The notes under the pieces were generated by a model. The model searched no databases and was not told where the DNA came from. It worked only from the letters and a program-made list of their open reading frames with translations. A program made the translations under genes and the position numbers. From positions 74,834,001 to 74,898,000 of the forward strand of contig NC_059434.1 of NCBI RefSeq assembly GCF_021028975.2: a DNA stretch of 64,000 bases. The letters are read 5' to 3'. The stretch comes from Sphaerodactylus townsendi. Lineage: Eukaryota. Positions 50,501 through 60,001 of the stretch are shown here, piece by piece (the first letter of the stretch is position 1; each line of letters starts with the position of its first letter).

Positions 50501-53268
50501 TGGTTAAATTGCCGGGTTGGCACTTTGCGAGAAATAAGTGGGGTTTGGGTTGCAATTTGGGCACTCGGTCTCAAAAAGGTTCGCCATCCCTGTACTAGGA
50601 GAAGGACTCCTCAGAAAGACTACCAGAGGGAATCTTCAAGAGCCAGTGTAGTATAGTGGTTAAAGTTTCAGATTAGGATCTGGAAGACTCAGGTTCAGAT
50701 CCCCATTCTGCACTGGAAACTTGCTGAGTGACTTCAGCCCCATCCGCACATGCAGAATAATGCACTTTCAATCCACTTTCACAATTGTTTGAAAGTGGAT
50801 TTTGCTAGTCCGCACAGCTGCAAGGAACATTGAAAGTGGATTGAAAGTGCTTTTTTTTCCTGCATGTGCGGAAGGGGCTTTTGAGCCACTCACATGCTTT
50901 CAGTTTAATTTTCTTCACAGGGTTGTCGTAAGGATAATATATAAGAGGAGAATAATGTAAGCCACTTTTGCCTGAGGAGAATGGCAGGGTATGAATGAAG
51001 TAATTAATAAATAATTGAATATTTTAGGACCCAGTTTATCTCATCTATCTGTTAAGCGTTGGAAGGTTGGGGAAGGGAAGGATCTCAGCAACATATAAGG
51101 CCATATAGTCCACCCTCCAAAGCAGCCATTTTCTCCAAGAGAACTGATCTCTGTAGAGCAGTGGTGGCGAACCTATGGCACGAGTGCCAGAGGTGGCACT
51201 CGGAGCCCTTTCTGTCAGCACGCACACACAGAGTTCATCACCCCACACACACACACACATCTAGGCTGGCCTGGGCCACTGGCACAATGCCCCACAGCAA
51301 GCAGGGAGGACTTGGCTGGCGAGTCTGGTGCCTGTGCTCTGGGTGGCTGTTGCCCGAGGGGGGGGGGGCAGAGGAGGTGGAGATGCTAGAGAGGTGCAGA
51401 GCAGTGCGTGTGGGACTTGCTGGAGGCTAGAGCAGGCTGGCCCCTGCTTGAGCAGGTGGGGCGGAGGCAGAGGGGTGGGGTGGAGGCACTGGAGCAGCAC
51501 AAGGTAGAGCGGCGGGTGCACACAGGACTAAAACGTCAGTATTCAGGTTAAATTGCCATGTTGGCACTTTGCGATGAATAAGTGGGTTTTGGGTTGCAAT
51601 TTGGGCACTCGGTCTCGAAAAGGTTCGCCATCACTGCTGTAGAGTGAAATATCCAGGGCTTTCCTGTACGCTGGTAACCCTATTCTCCATACAAAGAGCA
51701 GCCAGTATGTCGATAGAGATAGTGATTCATAATATCAGGTAAATTAAGAAAGAATATTTCTTGCTTCAGCTTTGTGAGTAAAGTGCAGTTAAGTCGCTTC
51801 TGACTGATGGAGACTCTATGAACCAATACTCCCCAAAACTGTCTAATATTAACAACCGTGCTCAAGTCTTACAAACTGAGGGCTGTGGTTTCATTTCCAT
51901 TGCTCCTATCAGAGACCGCAATGCTCAATGAAGGAGTAAAAGGTGTTCTCTTTCCTTGGTCAAAATCCCTCCTCTATTTTCTCTTCACAACAGCCCTGTG
52001 CTGTAGGTTATGCTCTGTGTGTGTGACAGAGAAAGACAGACAGAGACCGGCTAGTCAAAGGTCACCCAGGGAGCTTCATGACTGAGCGGAGACTTGAACC
52101 TGAGTTTTTTTTCCATTTCAGACCTAACCACACCAGCTCTCAGTGTTAAGAATATGAATTTCAGAAGATGTGTGGACTTTGTGCGCCTGTGCTCACCTGA
52201 ATTTTGTTCACCTGAACTTTGTTGACTGTTTATTAAAATAGGCTGGGCGAAAAACCACTAGCCTGCTCACCACTGTGGAGAAATTCTTCCTGGGGAAGTT
52301 GCATAATCATGGGGACACCACCCCTCTCTTCTGTGCCTACCAAAGGAGCTTCTTTGATTGATGGTCTCTCCCTGTAATCTGGCTACTATTCACCCCTCAG
52401 TAGCCATATGTCCATCAGGTGCTAAACTTAGAGACTGACATGTCTCCACCATCACCTCTTCTAGCAAAAGTTCTGGGTCCCCACACAGAGTTCATGTTGG
52501 TGGCAGCTAGCTACCCTCCAGCAAACCCAGCACTGGAAATCTGGAAAACACCACTCTAGCCTCAATACTCGGTGATCCAAGATGACCAATCACCTTCCTA
52601 CAGCAAGAAGTTCACCAACAAGCGTACTGAATCTGGTACTGGGAAGACACGGGAGCCCTCTTGGTGGAAAAGGTTATAGCCTTTGTATCAGGATGCTGAG
52701 GCTCAGAGCTAGAGCACTATCTAGGCCAGCCCAAGGATGTCCAATTCTGGTGGTCTGGATATTTATGGACTACAATCCCCACCAGCCCCTGCCAGCTGAT
52801 GAAAATCATAGTCCATGAACAACTGAAGGACCACAGTTGGACACCCCTGATCTAGGTGATGATGTGAAAGCCCACCACCAAAATTCCACAAAGCCTTGCC
52901 AAGTTTGGCAGATCAGGGATCTCATGCGTCCAGCACGCCCACCCACAGCCACATCCCATCATGTTCAGGGGTGCTTACTCTCAGGTTGCACCCTTTCAGT
53001 GGTCGGTGATGGGGGATTGGCAGCGCCAACAGGTCTACTCACTGGGTTTCCTAGGGTGGCTCTGGGGGTCGCCTCCTTCCTCTGCGCCCACCCAAACGAC
53101 CACCGTCCCGTCGTTCTTCACCGCAGACAGGCAGCCGCGCTTGCAGCTGATCTGGCGGAGGGTGCCCAGGTCCTCCTGGAAGAACGGGGCCTCGGGGAAG
53201 AAGAGGAGCGACGGAGGCAAGGGGGCACCACTGATCGCCCCGTGGCAGGGGGCGCGCCGCCTGGGCAT
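17674..53268 (-). CDS. HERC5: HERC5-like small HERC E3 ligase, copy 1 (RCC1-like domain + HECT); 24 exons, ~1008 aa; exon 10 disrupted in this assembly
   Basis: 24 exons assembled by hand with compatible splice phases, 3027 nt in total. N-terminal exons resemble human HERC5 (RIKLEKNVKVNSVDCETSHLLILSSEGK; RWHTLVYVEDLWKVYAFGSGSQGQLGNG; IAGDNQSILL). HECT motifs FIGEPGIDDGGPSQEFF, PFPLALFKK, FLTG and PVACTC are present. Exact orthology (HERC5 vs another small HERC) needs a phylogeny. Confidence 0.8.
18433..18810 (+). mobile_element. CR1 LINE 3' fragment, specific to copy 1
   Basis: Same family as 29988; (TTCTTATG)n tail; tgcatt duplicated at both ends; empty site in the paralog near 59463. Confidence 0.9.
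19269..19368 (-). CDS. HERC5: HERC5-like exon 23 (HECT)
   Basis: NARYNGYEKSDETIRNFWAVFHDLPEEKKKDFL. Confidence 0.94.
20200..21170 (+). mobile_element. Degraded RTE/BovB-like LINE 3' fragment interrupted by a SINE (paralogous copy ~61300-62305)
   Basis: Remnants such as DSFEMWCW, YFGHILRRQESLEKIIMLG and RKQLDGT. Confidence 0.7.
21599..21782 (-). CDS. HERC5: HERC5-like exon 22 (HECT)
   Basis: KEYVDAYVNYIFNDSVKEQF...FLPTEL...YNWEQLEK. Confidence 0.94.
22056..22285. mobile_element. Tc1/mariner (Tigger/pogo-like) MITE, specific to copy 1
   Basis: CCGTGTTTCCCC...GGGGAAACGG termini; TA TSD; empty site in the paralog near 63037. Confidence 0.8.
22433..22723. mobile_element. GC-rich hAT-like element shared by both paralogs (also ~63185-63735)
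   Basis: CAGAGGC...GCCACTG termini; 8-bp TSD CCCCTAGC in both copies. Confidence 0.7.
22932..23014 (-). CDS. HERC5: HERC5-like exon 21 (HECT; GC donor)
   Basis: VELKENGANIPVTKYNR; the frame requires AG|GCAAG. Confidence 0.85.
23275..23341 (-). CDS. HERC5: HERC5-like exon 20 (HECT)
   Basis: CLQAVLDEQYDDILESLMLDFT; donor gtaaga. Confidence 0.9.
23814..23998 (+). mobile_element. SPIN/URR1-like hAT MITE
   Basis: CAGTGGTTCTCAACCTTCCTAATGC...GAGAACCGCTG termini; 8-bp TSD GACTAGCC. Confidence 0.85.
24534..24700 (-). CDS. HERC5: HERC5-like exon 19 (HECT)
   Basis: FLIGNIFGMALYN...FPFPLALFKK...TLEDLKELSP. Confidence 0.94.
25843..26157 (+). mobile_element. tRNA-derived squamate SINE (Squam3-like); other copies ~20491-20778, 29115-29398, 29690-29930, 36825-37075, 45052-45350, 49147-49445(-), 58331-58646, 60121-60362(-), 61601-61930
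   Basis: A/B-box-like head (TGGCGTAGGAGG...GGTTTGATTCCC), conserved body and (TTC)n tail; many copies in the window. Confidence 0.85.
26202..26345 (-). CDS. HERC5: HERC5-like exon 18 (HECT)
   Basis: VCFIGEPGIDDGGPSQEFF...SHLIWF. Confidence 0.93.
27050..27620. promoter_or_regulatory. CpG island / PYURF-PIGY promoter
   Basis: CpG-dense; ETS-like CCGGAG/CAGGAA motifs upstream of the PYURF ATG. Confidence 0.75.
27331..27530 (+). CDS. PYURF: PYURF (PreY, mitochondrial TRM112-like protein) exon 1
   Basis: Arg/Ala/Leu-rich transit-like N-terminus, then LLDILVCPLSKKPLR; donor AG|gtcagc; CpG island. Confidence 0.95.
29988..30561 (-). mobile_element. CR1 LINE, 5'-truncated (ORF2 C-terminus + 3'UTR), in the PYURF intron
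   Basis: [46 protein letters not shown], the typical CR1 ORF2 end. Confidence 0.93.
30698..30839 (+). CDS. PYURF: PYURF exon 2 (113 aa in total)
   Basis: YEESTNELINEELGIAYPIIDGIPNMIPQAARM; acceptor tttactag|. Confidence 0.96.
30891..31106 (+). CDS. PIGY: PIGY, GPI-GlcNAc transferase subunit Y, 71 aa; second cistron
   Basis: MFPSLPTMTVLVPLLSLAGLFYSASVDENFPQGCTSTSSLCFYSLLLPITIPVYVFFHLWTWMGLTLFRHN; starts 51 nt after the PYURF stop in the same exon. Confidence 0.98.
   Translation: MFPSLPTMTVLVPLLSLAGLFYSASVDENFPQGCTSTSSLCFYSLLLPITIPVYVFFHLWTWMGLTLFRHN
32340..32404. repeat. (GA)n/(TG)n microsatellite
   Basis: Directly visible. Confidence 0.95.
32815..32985. mobile_element. Penelope-like inverted-repeat fragment (related pieces ~1525-1715, 15470-15560, 28070-28185)
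   Basis: GTGGTTTCCGGGCTGTATGGC...GCCATACAGCCCGGAAACCAC inverted arms; GACGTTTCGCC motif. Confidence 0.6.
33565..33675 (-). CDS. HERC5: HERC5-like exon 17 (start of HECT)
   Basis: PNIELIVRRQYLVQDT (L.VRR..LV.D motif); donor gtaag. Confidence 0.88.
33757..33861 (-). CDS. HERC5: HERC5-like exon 16
   Basis: VPCILDMEAKILLHNLD, corresponding to the family PFIFD..AK..L..D motif; alternative acceptor at 33849. Confidence 0.8.
34632..34670 (-). CDS. HERC5: HERC5-like exon 15 (39-nt micro-exon, VVRIFQSKRLEVK)
   Basis: aaacag|...AAG|gtaagg; phase 0-0 and open, but little motif support. Confidence 0.6.
35263..35370 (-). CDS. HERC5: HERC5-like exon 14
   Basis: VNSRTGFKIQERNFYVPEV; donor gtaagt. Confidence 0.88.
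37143..37315 (-). CDS. HERC5: HERC5-like exon 13
   Basis: ESLWSSLDIPFFKDLVDIYQ...LQVLYE; phases 1 to 0. Confidence 0.88.
37548..37731 (-). CDS. HERC5: HERC5-like exon 12
   Basis: SPEALRVFLILP motif; donor gtaagg. Confidence 0.9.
38022..38498. mobile_element. GC-rich TIR element (GGCCGTTTC termini)
   Basis: Inverted termini ggccgtttccgca / tgcagaaacggcc; interior looks scrambled. Confidence 0.6.
38840..38945 (-). CDS. HERC5: HERC5-like exon 11
   Basis: QDEHFRTSQEAAGINMSAVLLFSDKIAKNPEVCTE; tttccag|...|gtaaga. Confidence 0.85.
39611..39670 (-). pseudogene. HERC5: HERC5-like exon 10, disrupted (in-frame TGA, indels); real lesion or consensus error
   Basis: 60-nt phase 2-2 exon at the expected position; fragments of the family IFSS..C.NGSFL motif are spread over different frames; the exon-9 frame reads D-I-H-S-stop. 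Confidence 0.65.
40745..41625. promoter_or_regulatory. Orphan CpG-rich, probably bidirectional promoter in HERC intron 9
   Basis: Four ATTGG/CCAAT boxes (~40746, 40925, 40983, 41375); ETS motifs CCGGAA/TTCCGG/GCGGAAG; E2F-like GCGCGCCA; outward-facing consensus donors at 40762 (-) and 41617 (+). Confidence 0.55.
41936..42027 (-). CDS. HERC5: HERC5-like exon 9
   Basis: NSYASLNQTLARIEEEEIDKWVSD; ttttccccag|...|gtacgt. Confidence 0.88.
43071..43147 (-). CDS. HERC5: HERC5-like exon 8
   Basis: EGSASEEKIKVIAGDNQSILLFLKKK; donor gtcagt. Confidence 0.88.
44718..44848 (-). CDS. HERC5: HERC5-like exon 7
   Basis: WHTLVYVEDLWKVYAFGSGSQGQLGNGRMCDQLIPLPV; cag|...|gtagg. Confidence 0.92.
46954..47084 (-). 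CDS. HERC5: HERC5-like exon 6
   Basis: DGLVCTFGAGCYGQLGHNSTRNELFPRFVAELFGVRVSEVACGR; donor gtaag. Confidence 0.93.
47357..47580. repeat. Compound microsatellite (TC)n(TG)n(TCTA/TCTG)n
   Basis: Directly visible. Confidence 0.95.
47915..48006 (-). CDS. HERC5: HERC5-like exon 5
   Basis: DKHSPTYVKALEHKKTVFISCGGEHTAVLTK; ttttcag|...|gttgt. Confidence 0.9.
48456..48677 (-). CDS. HERC5: HERC5-like exon 4 (RCC1 repeats)
   Basis: GQLFSWGQNDYGQLGLG...[34 protein letters not shown]. Confidence 0.93.
48840..48916 (-). CDS. HERC5: HERC5-like exon 3 (RCC1 repeat)
   Basis: LLKGLGDKQMVQIACGNYHSMALSKG; tag|...|gtatg. Confidence 0.92.
49022..49144. repeat. 40-bp tandem repeat x3
   Basis: GCAATCCACAATATAGTTCTATGTTTTTTACTCTGTCGGG repeated exactly. 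Confidence 0.95.
49768..49900 (-). CDS. HERC5: HERC5-like exon 2
   Basis: cttgcag|GG...AG|gtgag; RIKLEKNVKVNSVDCETSHLLILSSEGK. Confidence 0.9.
53043..53268 (-). CDS. HERC5: HERC5-like exon 1 (MPRRRAPCHG...PRKP), phase 1 end
   Basis: ATG in a CpG island; SLLFFP and RQISC resemble the HERC5 N-terminus; donor CCA|GTGAGT. Confidence 0.8.
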
Positions 53269-53543
53269 GTTCTCCGGGCAGCTTCCTCGCCAGGCACCCC
53301 AACACCGCCGGTCCTATGCGAAGAAAACGCCAAAACAAGGAACCACCAACTCCAGCCGTCTGTTCCAGGACATGCAACTGACCCCAAAAGCGGAGGGGGA
53401 AAGAAGTTACTTTGCAAAACTTTGCAAACGCGACGGTCAGTTTGCAAGCCGTCTGAGCGCCTCCGCCGCTTGCACAGATCTCGCTCCGTTTCCGTGGGCT
53501 GGATTGGCAGCCGAAAGGCAGCAGCGAAGGGCGGCTCTTCTGG

Positions 53544-53841
53544 GGAAATGGAAACTGAAAATAAGCGCGCTGCTGTCTAGTGTGCAAAACAGCTGTGAAT
53601 ATACATAAATGCCGAAAGTTACACTTACTGGAGTTACGCTTTCGGCATTTATATATATTCGTAGCTGTTTTAGACAATAGGCAACCGTGCACTTCTTTTC
53701 ACTTTTCAATCCACTTAGTAAATCAGTAGTTTCTAAGTTTGTGTGTTTGTGTTCTTAAGCAGCAGGACTGGCGGTGTTTTTTTGTGTATTGTTCATTGCT
53801 ATTTCGTACGCTTCAGTGTGATAAGTTGAAATGGAAACTGA
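53544..53841. promoter_or_regulatory. ISRE/IRF element cluster upstream of HERC5-like exon 1
   Basis: GGAAATGGAAACTGAAAAT (53544-53562); GAAAAGTGAAAAG on the minus strand (~53695-53707); second GAAATGGAAACTGA (53828-53841). Confidence 0.7.
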
Positions 53842-54842
53842 CAGCGGAGACAACAGCATTTCTGCTCTCTGCCAAACGAAAGGTGATGAAATCACTCCGC
53901 CCCTTCTTAATAAACGCCACGCTCCCCAAATCTGCATATGCAAATAAGGTTGCAATCTCATTAAGGCTGCTGTGGCTACTAGTTGGAATCCGAGAACTGA
54001 AAGGGACCACAGAGGCCATCCAGCCCCACCCTCTGCCATGCGGGAACCCACAGTCAAATCACTCCTGGTTATTCACTGGTTTTAACGTTTTATACTTTTG
54101 TAGTGCTTTTATATTATTGTAGTCCTTATTATGTTTACATATTTAAGATGCCTCGAGTCCCTTGGGAGATTGGCGGGGTAGAAATGTAAAATATAAATAA
54201 TAAATAAGATGCCTCTTTAAAAACGTACAGCAGATGTGTACTGATAATTGATAGAACCCATTCCTGCTCATTGCTGCTTTTAATGTTTTCCTTGCATCTA
54301 TGTAGTGTTATGTTTCTAACATTCAGTATGGTGAAGAGTATGGTGGAGTGCTAAGTAGCTTCAACGCTGCATTGTGTCATTTTGGTTGGTTTGAAGTGTT
54401 GGATGTGGTGGTAGAAAGTGCCCTGAAGTCGCAGCTGACTTATAGCGCCTCCTGAGGGTTTTCAAGGCAGGAGTGGTGGTTTGCCACTGCCTTGCTCTGC
54501 ATAATGAATGTTGTCTTCCTGGGTGGTCTCCCATCCAGATGTTAATCAGGGCCAGCTGGCTCTGCCAGGCCACCTTGGACTTCCTGGGTCAATTCTGCTC
54601 AGCTTCTGAAATCTGAGGATTCTAGTCTGGGCCATTTCAGGCCAGGGTTTTTACCATCAAAAGATAGATGCCTCCATCTCCTACATCCAAATTTAACCCT
54701 CAAAAGTAGGATTGAAGGTATGAAACCACTTTACACTATTTACTAGACCACTTCCTCTATCAAGATGTGTATCATGTAGTTTCCTTCCAGCATCTTTAGT
54801 AGTAGTAGTCCTTCAGGTCACTTGCTCCCTGTTCCTCTAAGC

Positions 54843-55028
54843 CAGTGGTTCTCAACCTTCCTAATGCCGCAACCCTTTAATACAGTTCCTCATGTTGTGG
54901 TGACCTCCAACCCTAACATTTATCCATTTTACAGATGGAGAACACTGATGCAGAGAGTCTTAGGCAACCCCTGTGAAAGGGTTGTTTGACCCCCAAAGGG
55001 GTCCCGACTTCCAGGTTGAGAACCACTG
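54843..55028 (+). mobile_element. SPIN/URR1-like hAT MITE, different internal segment
   Basis: Same termini; 8-bp TSD CTCTAAGC. Confidence 0.85.
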
Positions 55029-58005
55029 CTCTAAGCTGGGGACCGAACCTGGGGAAGTTCTGCAAGGAAAACAGGTACTGTGCCACCAAGCTGTGGACTC
55101 ATGATAAAGGTTTATGGGTCTCCTGTCCCCCACACTCGGGCTTCAATAAATACACCCCATTTTTTTTTACATCCAGGCTAATGAAGTCTGAAAAACCCAA
55201 AAACTTGCGTCTTTGCTCCTTTCATGTTTTTTCTCCCCCTCAGGAGTTCTATTACTGACCTTCCCAGCTTAGCATCACATCAATGATCCCCTCAGTATTT
55301 ACAAAGCACTGGCCTCTGCCTGTGTCCAGGTGCCTTGTTTTAATCCTGCTACTCAAAAGTAAGCTATTGTCAGTACTTAAAAACTGCAATCGTGTTTAGA
55401 AATGATCAAGCACTGGCCCATTTGGTCTATGTTCAGCAAGCATGCCTTGAAGAAGCATTTCTTTCCTTGATAACCCCACATCCTATTTGAGAAGTCAGTG
55501 CTGACAACTGTGGACATCATTATCTCAGCTGCACCCACCTTACAAGGTTGCCCATGTTATGCTGCCCTAAATACCTTGGAAGAAGAGTAAATAACCAGCC
55601 ATTCATTACAGCAATCAAGAAGGCGGCAGGAAGAATCTAAAACAAGAGGTATTTTATTAGGAATAGTCTATCGACAGGGCGTTATAGACAATGTAAAAAT
55701 CAATCTGTAAAGAAATCTATGACAATCTCCATCACAAATACTTGCACTGTGATGAGCTACTGCTATGTATTTTGTAAAGACCCTTGGTGCTGTGGCTAGC
55801 CAAAATGGCAGCAGTGTGTACTGAATATGGAGCCACCATACTGGAAATGAAAGAACTTCCTGAGACCAGGATGAGCAGACACATATACGCGCCCTTGAGA
55901 TCTAGTAAACCAGATTTCAGGTGGTAACAGTTCTAGTACAGAAGACGCCATTCAGAATTTAGAAACAATCAGAAATTCATATAATCTCCTTAAATCAAGA
56001 ATGGGCCTTCTATCAAGCACAGCCTACAAAGCATGATAGTGTACTAGCTCTTAAAGACCTGCAGGGATTGCCTGTTCATTTCTGTGCCCAATTCAAGGCA
56101 TTAATATTAATGCCCTGCTATCTCCTGCATATTCTTGCTGAGACCTTGCATTCATTCTCATAGGCTACAGGCCACGAAGGCTAAAGGTCCTTTTTATTTT
56201 AAGCACGTTTTAATTTGTGGGTGTCCACTCTTGTCTGCTAGTTCTTCCTCCTGCCCCCCAGTTAGTGGCAACTAATTGATCACTGTTGTCTGGTTTTGAT
56301 TGTTGCTGCTTTTCTTAATTTTTGTGGCAATTGATTTTGGGAGTGATCATCTTTGTTTTGTCTTTGGTTGTTTAATGAATTGCAACCCTTAGACACATTT
56401 GCCTGAGGATTAGAATATGTGGTGATGACGCAGTTTCCACCAGTAGGCGTGGAGGTCTCACAAAGTGACTCATGAAGTACCCCATTGGTGGGAAATGTGT
56501 CCCATACATTCTAGTCCTCCCTCCCTCTCCCAAAGATGAAGTTGGCCAGTGAAGAAAGCTGGCAAACTGGCCTCCTCGCCATTCCTGGCCGATGCCTTCC
56601 CCCGCCCTCCCTCTCTCACCCCTCCAACAACCCAACTGGGCCCTTCAGGGCATTGGCTTTAAGCCTCCAATGTCCTACAGGGCCTGGCAGACCCTGCTTC
56701 TCCACCCTCTGTCTCCCATCCCCAAATGATCAAGCCAGGCCTGGCCGACTTCTGCTGGGTCTGGCAACAGGCCCCCCAGTCCCCCACACTCCAAACCCAA
56801 GCCTCCCCAAACAGCATTTAGCTGGCTGCGACAACAAGTGGCAGCAGGAGCGGCCGGGCCAAGGAGCAGTAGCCTCAGGTAAGTCCTTCCCAACCAACTA
56901 GTTTTCTAGGGCCTGCCCTCCCCACTTCCCCACCTAGAGTCCATTTATTTTCACCTAAAATGGGCTTCATTGCTAGTTATTTTGTAATGTTGTGAGCCAC
57001 CTCAGATGTGCATATAGACAGGTGGCAGATGAGTATTTTAACTAAACACCCAATGAAGAAGAGAGGCAAGAGTCTGCAAGCTGAGCCTTTCTTTTCTCAT
57101 GATAAGATTCTCTTTCTTCTCCATTACCATGGTCATAATCCGGCCTACCAGTCATTTCAGGCTGTATGGAAGGAAATTTCTGCGATGTAAACTATGGTTG
57201 CCAACTCCGGGTTAGAGAATTCATGAAGATTTGGGGGGGGCAAGCTTCAGACAGTGGGGGGAGCTCAGCAGGGTATAATGACTGCCCTTCAAAGCAGTCA
57301 TTTCCTCCAGGAAAAATAAACATTCAATGAGCGCGGTGAGTTGCAGTTTCTTGTAAAGTTAGGCATACATGAAATCCCATTTCTGCATGGGTTGGTCTCT
57401 GTAGATAAAATTATTATGTGTAATGCTGAGGTGTCGATTATAGCCCAGGCCTACCTGCGTTTTGAAAAGACTGCAGCTCTTTCCTCTTTGCCACATTCAG
57501 AGCTACACAGGAATGGGCAGTTTTAATGTAACTGGGTAGGTTTTTTTTTTATCAAGCAAGACTCCAGTTGCACCTTAAAGACTAACAAAATTTAAAGCTT
57601 TCATGAGTCACAGTTTGCTTCGTCAGATGCCATCCAAAGCAGCTACATTTATACTTAAAAGAGTTCCAGCAACAGAAAAGAGTGCGGTGGGTAGAGGATA
57701 CCAGCCTAAAGCTAGAACCCAACCCTTCTTCATATCCCATCTTTTGTCCACCGCTGAATTCAATATGATATATGTAACGTTCCTGGGAGGTCTCCCGTAC
57801 AGGTATTTGACAAAAAGGATTCATGTGCCTTGAGCCCATAAACTGGTACCAAAAGGGGGAATTAGATTTCTCCTTTTGGCAGAGAGAAAAATCCTCAGCT
57901 TTGTTTGTTGTCTTCAGTGAACAAAGAGTAAAAGAGTTAGGCAGAAGGGGACATCAACTAGGTTCAGATCAACCAATTCCAAACAGCGTTCCTTGCATCC
58001 AAGTT

Positions 58006-58220
58006 TTATGATAGACCAAACTTTTCATAGTGCTCCAGTGCAAACAGGAACATTTCTCGGAGAACATCTTGGTTACTATATCTTGGAAGCCGAAGGTATC
58101 GAAAACAGGTGCAGGCTGAAGGATACCACTTGTCTGGATCTTCTTTTCTGGATTCCACAATTGTAAATACGAACCTTTCCATCCCTTTACCTGGAATGCA
58201 GTTCGTTCCTGTAAGAAAAG
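58006..58220 (-). CDS. Tandem HERC5-like paralog (copy 2), last exon (catalytic Cys codon 58105-58107)
   Basis: Gap-free alignment to 17674-17888; AFLTG...YPSACTCFRYLRLPRY...EKFGLS*. Confidence 0.93.
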
Positions 58221-59901
58221 CTGAGGAAACAATACAAATTTAATAAGGGGCAGCTGGCGAACATCATTTTAAAAATGGAGTAAAAAAGGTGCACGTGGAA
58301 GAAACGTGGGCCTGCTTCATACGGTAGGTAGGAGCAGCAGTGGCGTTCTGGTTAAGAGCAGGTGTGCTCTAACATGGAGGAACCTGGTTTGATTCCCGGC
58401 TCTGCTGCTGGAGCTGTGGGGGTTTATCTGGGGAATTCAGATTAGCTTGTATACTTCAACACATGCCGGGGGGGGGGGGGGGGGGCGTTACCCTGGGATA
58501 GTCACAGCTTTTCGGAGCTCTCTCAGCCCCACCCACCTCACAGGTGTTTGTTGTGAGGAGGGAAGGGAAAGGAGATTGTAAGCCCCTTTGAGTCTCCTTA
58601 CAGGAGAGAAAGGGGGGATATAAATCCAACTCTACTTCTTCTTCTTATGTGTACATAGGGTATAGAAGCACAGCTACAAATAGCAGATATGCACCAGGAC
58701 GGTCAAGTCAATCACAATCATGCATTTCTTTATTTATTTAATATATCAAATTTATAAACCACCCACCCCCGAAGGGCTCTGGGCAGTGTACACTAGGCCA
58801 GACACAGTATTACATACAATAGGCCAAAACAACAATACACAGAATAAAATAAATTAGAGCAGGTTAAAACAATTTACAAAATTCATAAAACTAGCAGCAT
58901 CAATACAGTATATATAACAATAAGATTATAAAAATGTGTGGCGCCTGAATCCAAGGCCGGGCGGGGGAAGCAGTGTAAATTAGATGTTATATTGGGCGTG
59001 CCAATGATTGAATGGCACGCAACACAGGGGCATCCCATAGGGGGAATCTGTGGCCGGCCTCACCAAAAGCCCGGTGGAACAAAACCGTTTTACCATTTGC
59101 TTATTTGCATGTTTACCATTTGATTATACAAGCACAATCACACTTATATTAGTTGATTCATTACTGCAGTTTTATCCTGCCTTTCTTCCAAAAACTCAAA
59201 AAGGAAAAGGGAAGAGGATGCATTTATTTATATACCTCTTTCTCCCCCATGAGGATTGAATGCAGCTTAGGACAAATTCTCCCCTCTTCCATTTTCTCAC
59301 AACAGCCCTGTGAGGTGGGTTAGGCTGAAAATTTGTGGCGGGTCCAACTTCACCTAGCAAGCTTCCATAGTGGAAATAGAGAATCAATCCCAGTTTGTCT
59401 AAGGTCTTAGTCCAGAACACCAGAGTGGCTCTTTTATGTGCCCCTTACACATTTCCCTCATTTGCATTTTATTCTCGGAAAGGCCCTGTGAAGTAGGTTA
59501 GGATACCAAAGTTACCCAGTGAGTTCATGGCACACAAAGATCTGAATCTAGGTCTTCGTACAACAATCTAATCATTTCACCAATAATGGTGTAGGATTCT
59601 CATATGTAACTTCTGTACTGCTTAATGTGTCATGTTAATACTTATACTATGCTTTACTTCTTTGTTCCCAATCCAAATAAAATCTAAATGTATTGGTTAC
59701 TCAATGTCCTATTTTGTTAATTATACTGACTCCCTAAGCATAATCCGTCTTGAGTCCCAAGAGAAAGGCAGATTGCAAATAAATAACTTGATTATGCCCT
59801 CTTTTTTGTCATGAGATCAATTTTATTCCTTATCGTTATGGTTTCAATGATGTACCTTTGTAAGTAACATTTAAAATGTAAATAAATAATAAAGTAATTA
59901 C

Positions 59902-60001
59902 CAAGAAAATCCTTCTTTTTTTCTTCTGGAAGGTCATGGAACACGGCCCAAAAATTCTTGATTGTTTCATCTGACTTTTCATAGCCATCATATAGAGCAT
60001 T
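59902..60001 (-). CDS. Copy 2 penultimate exon (equivalent of exon 23)
   Basis: NALYDGYEKSDETIKNFWAVFHDLPEEKKKDFL; same length and splice sites as copy 1. Confidence 0.93.

Noticed and set aside
52837-53692. Several long overlapping ORFs (247, 215, 213 aa)
   Set aside because: By-products of the GC-rich exon 1 CpG island; only 53043-53268 splices in frame with exon 2.
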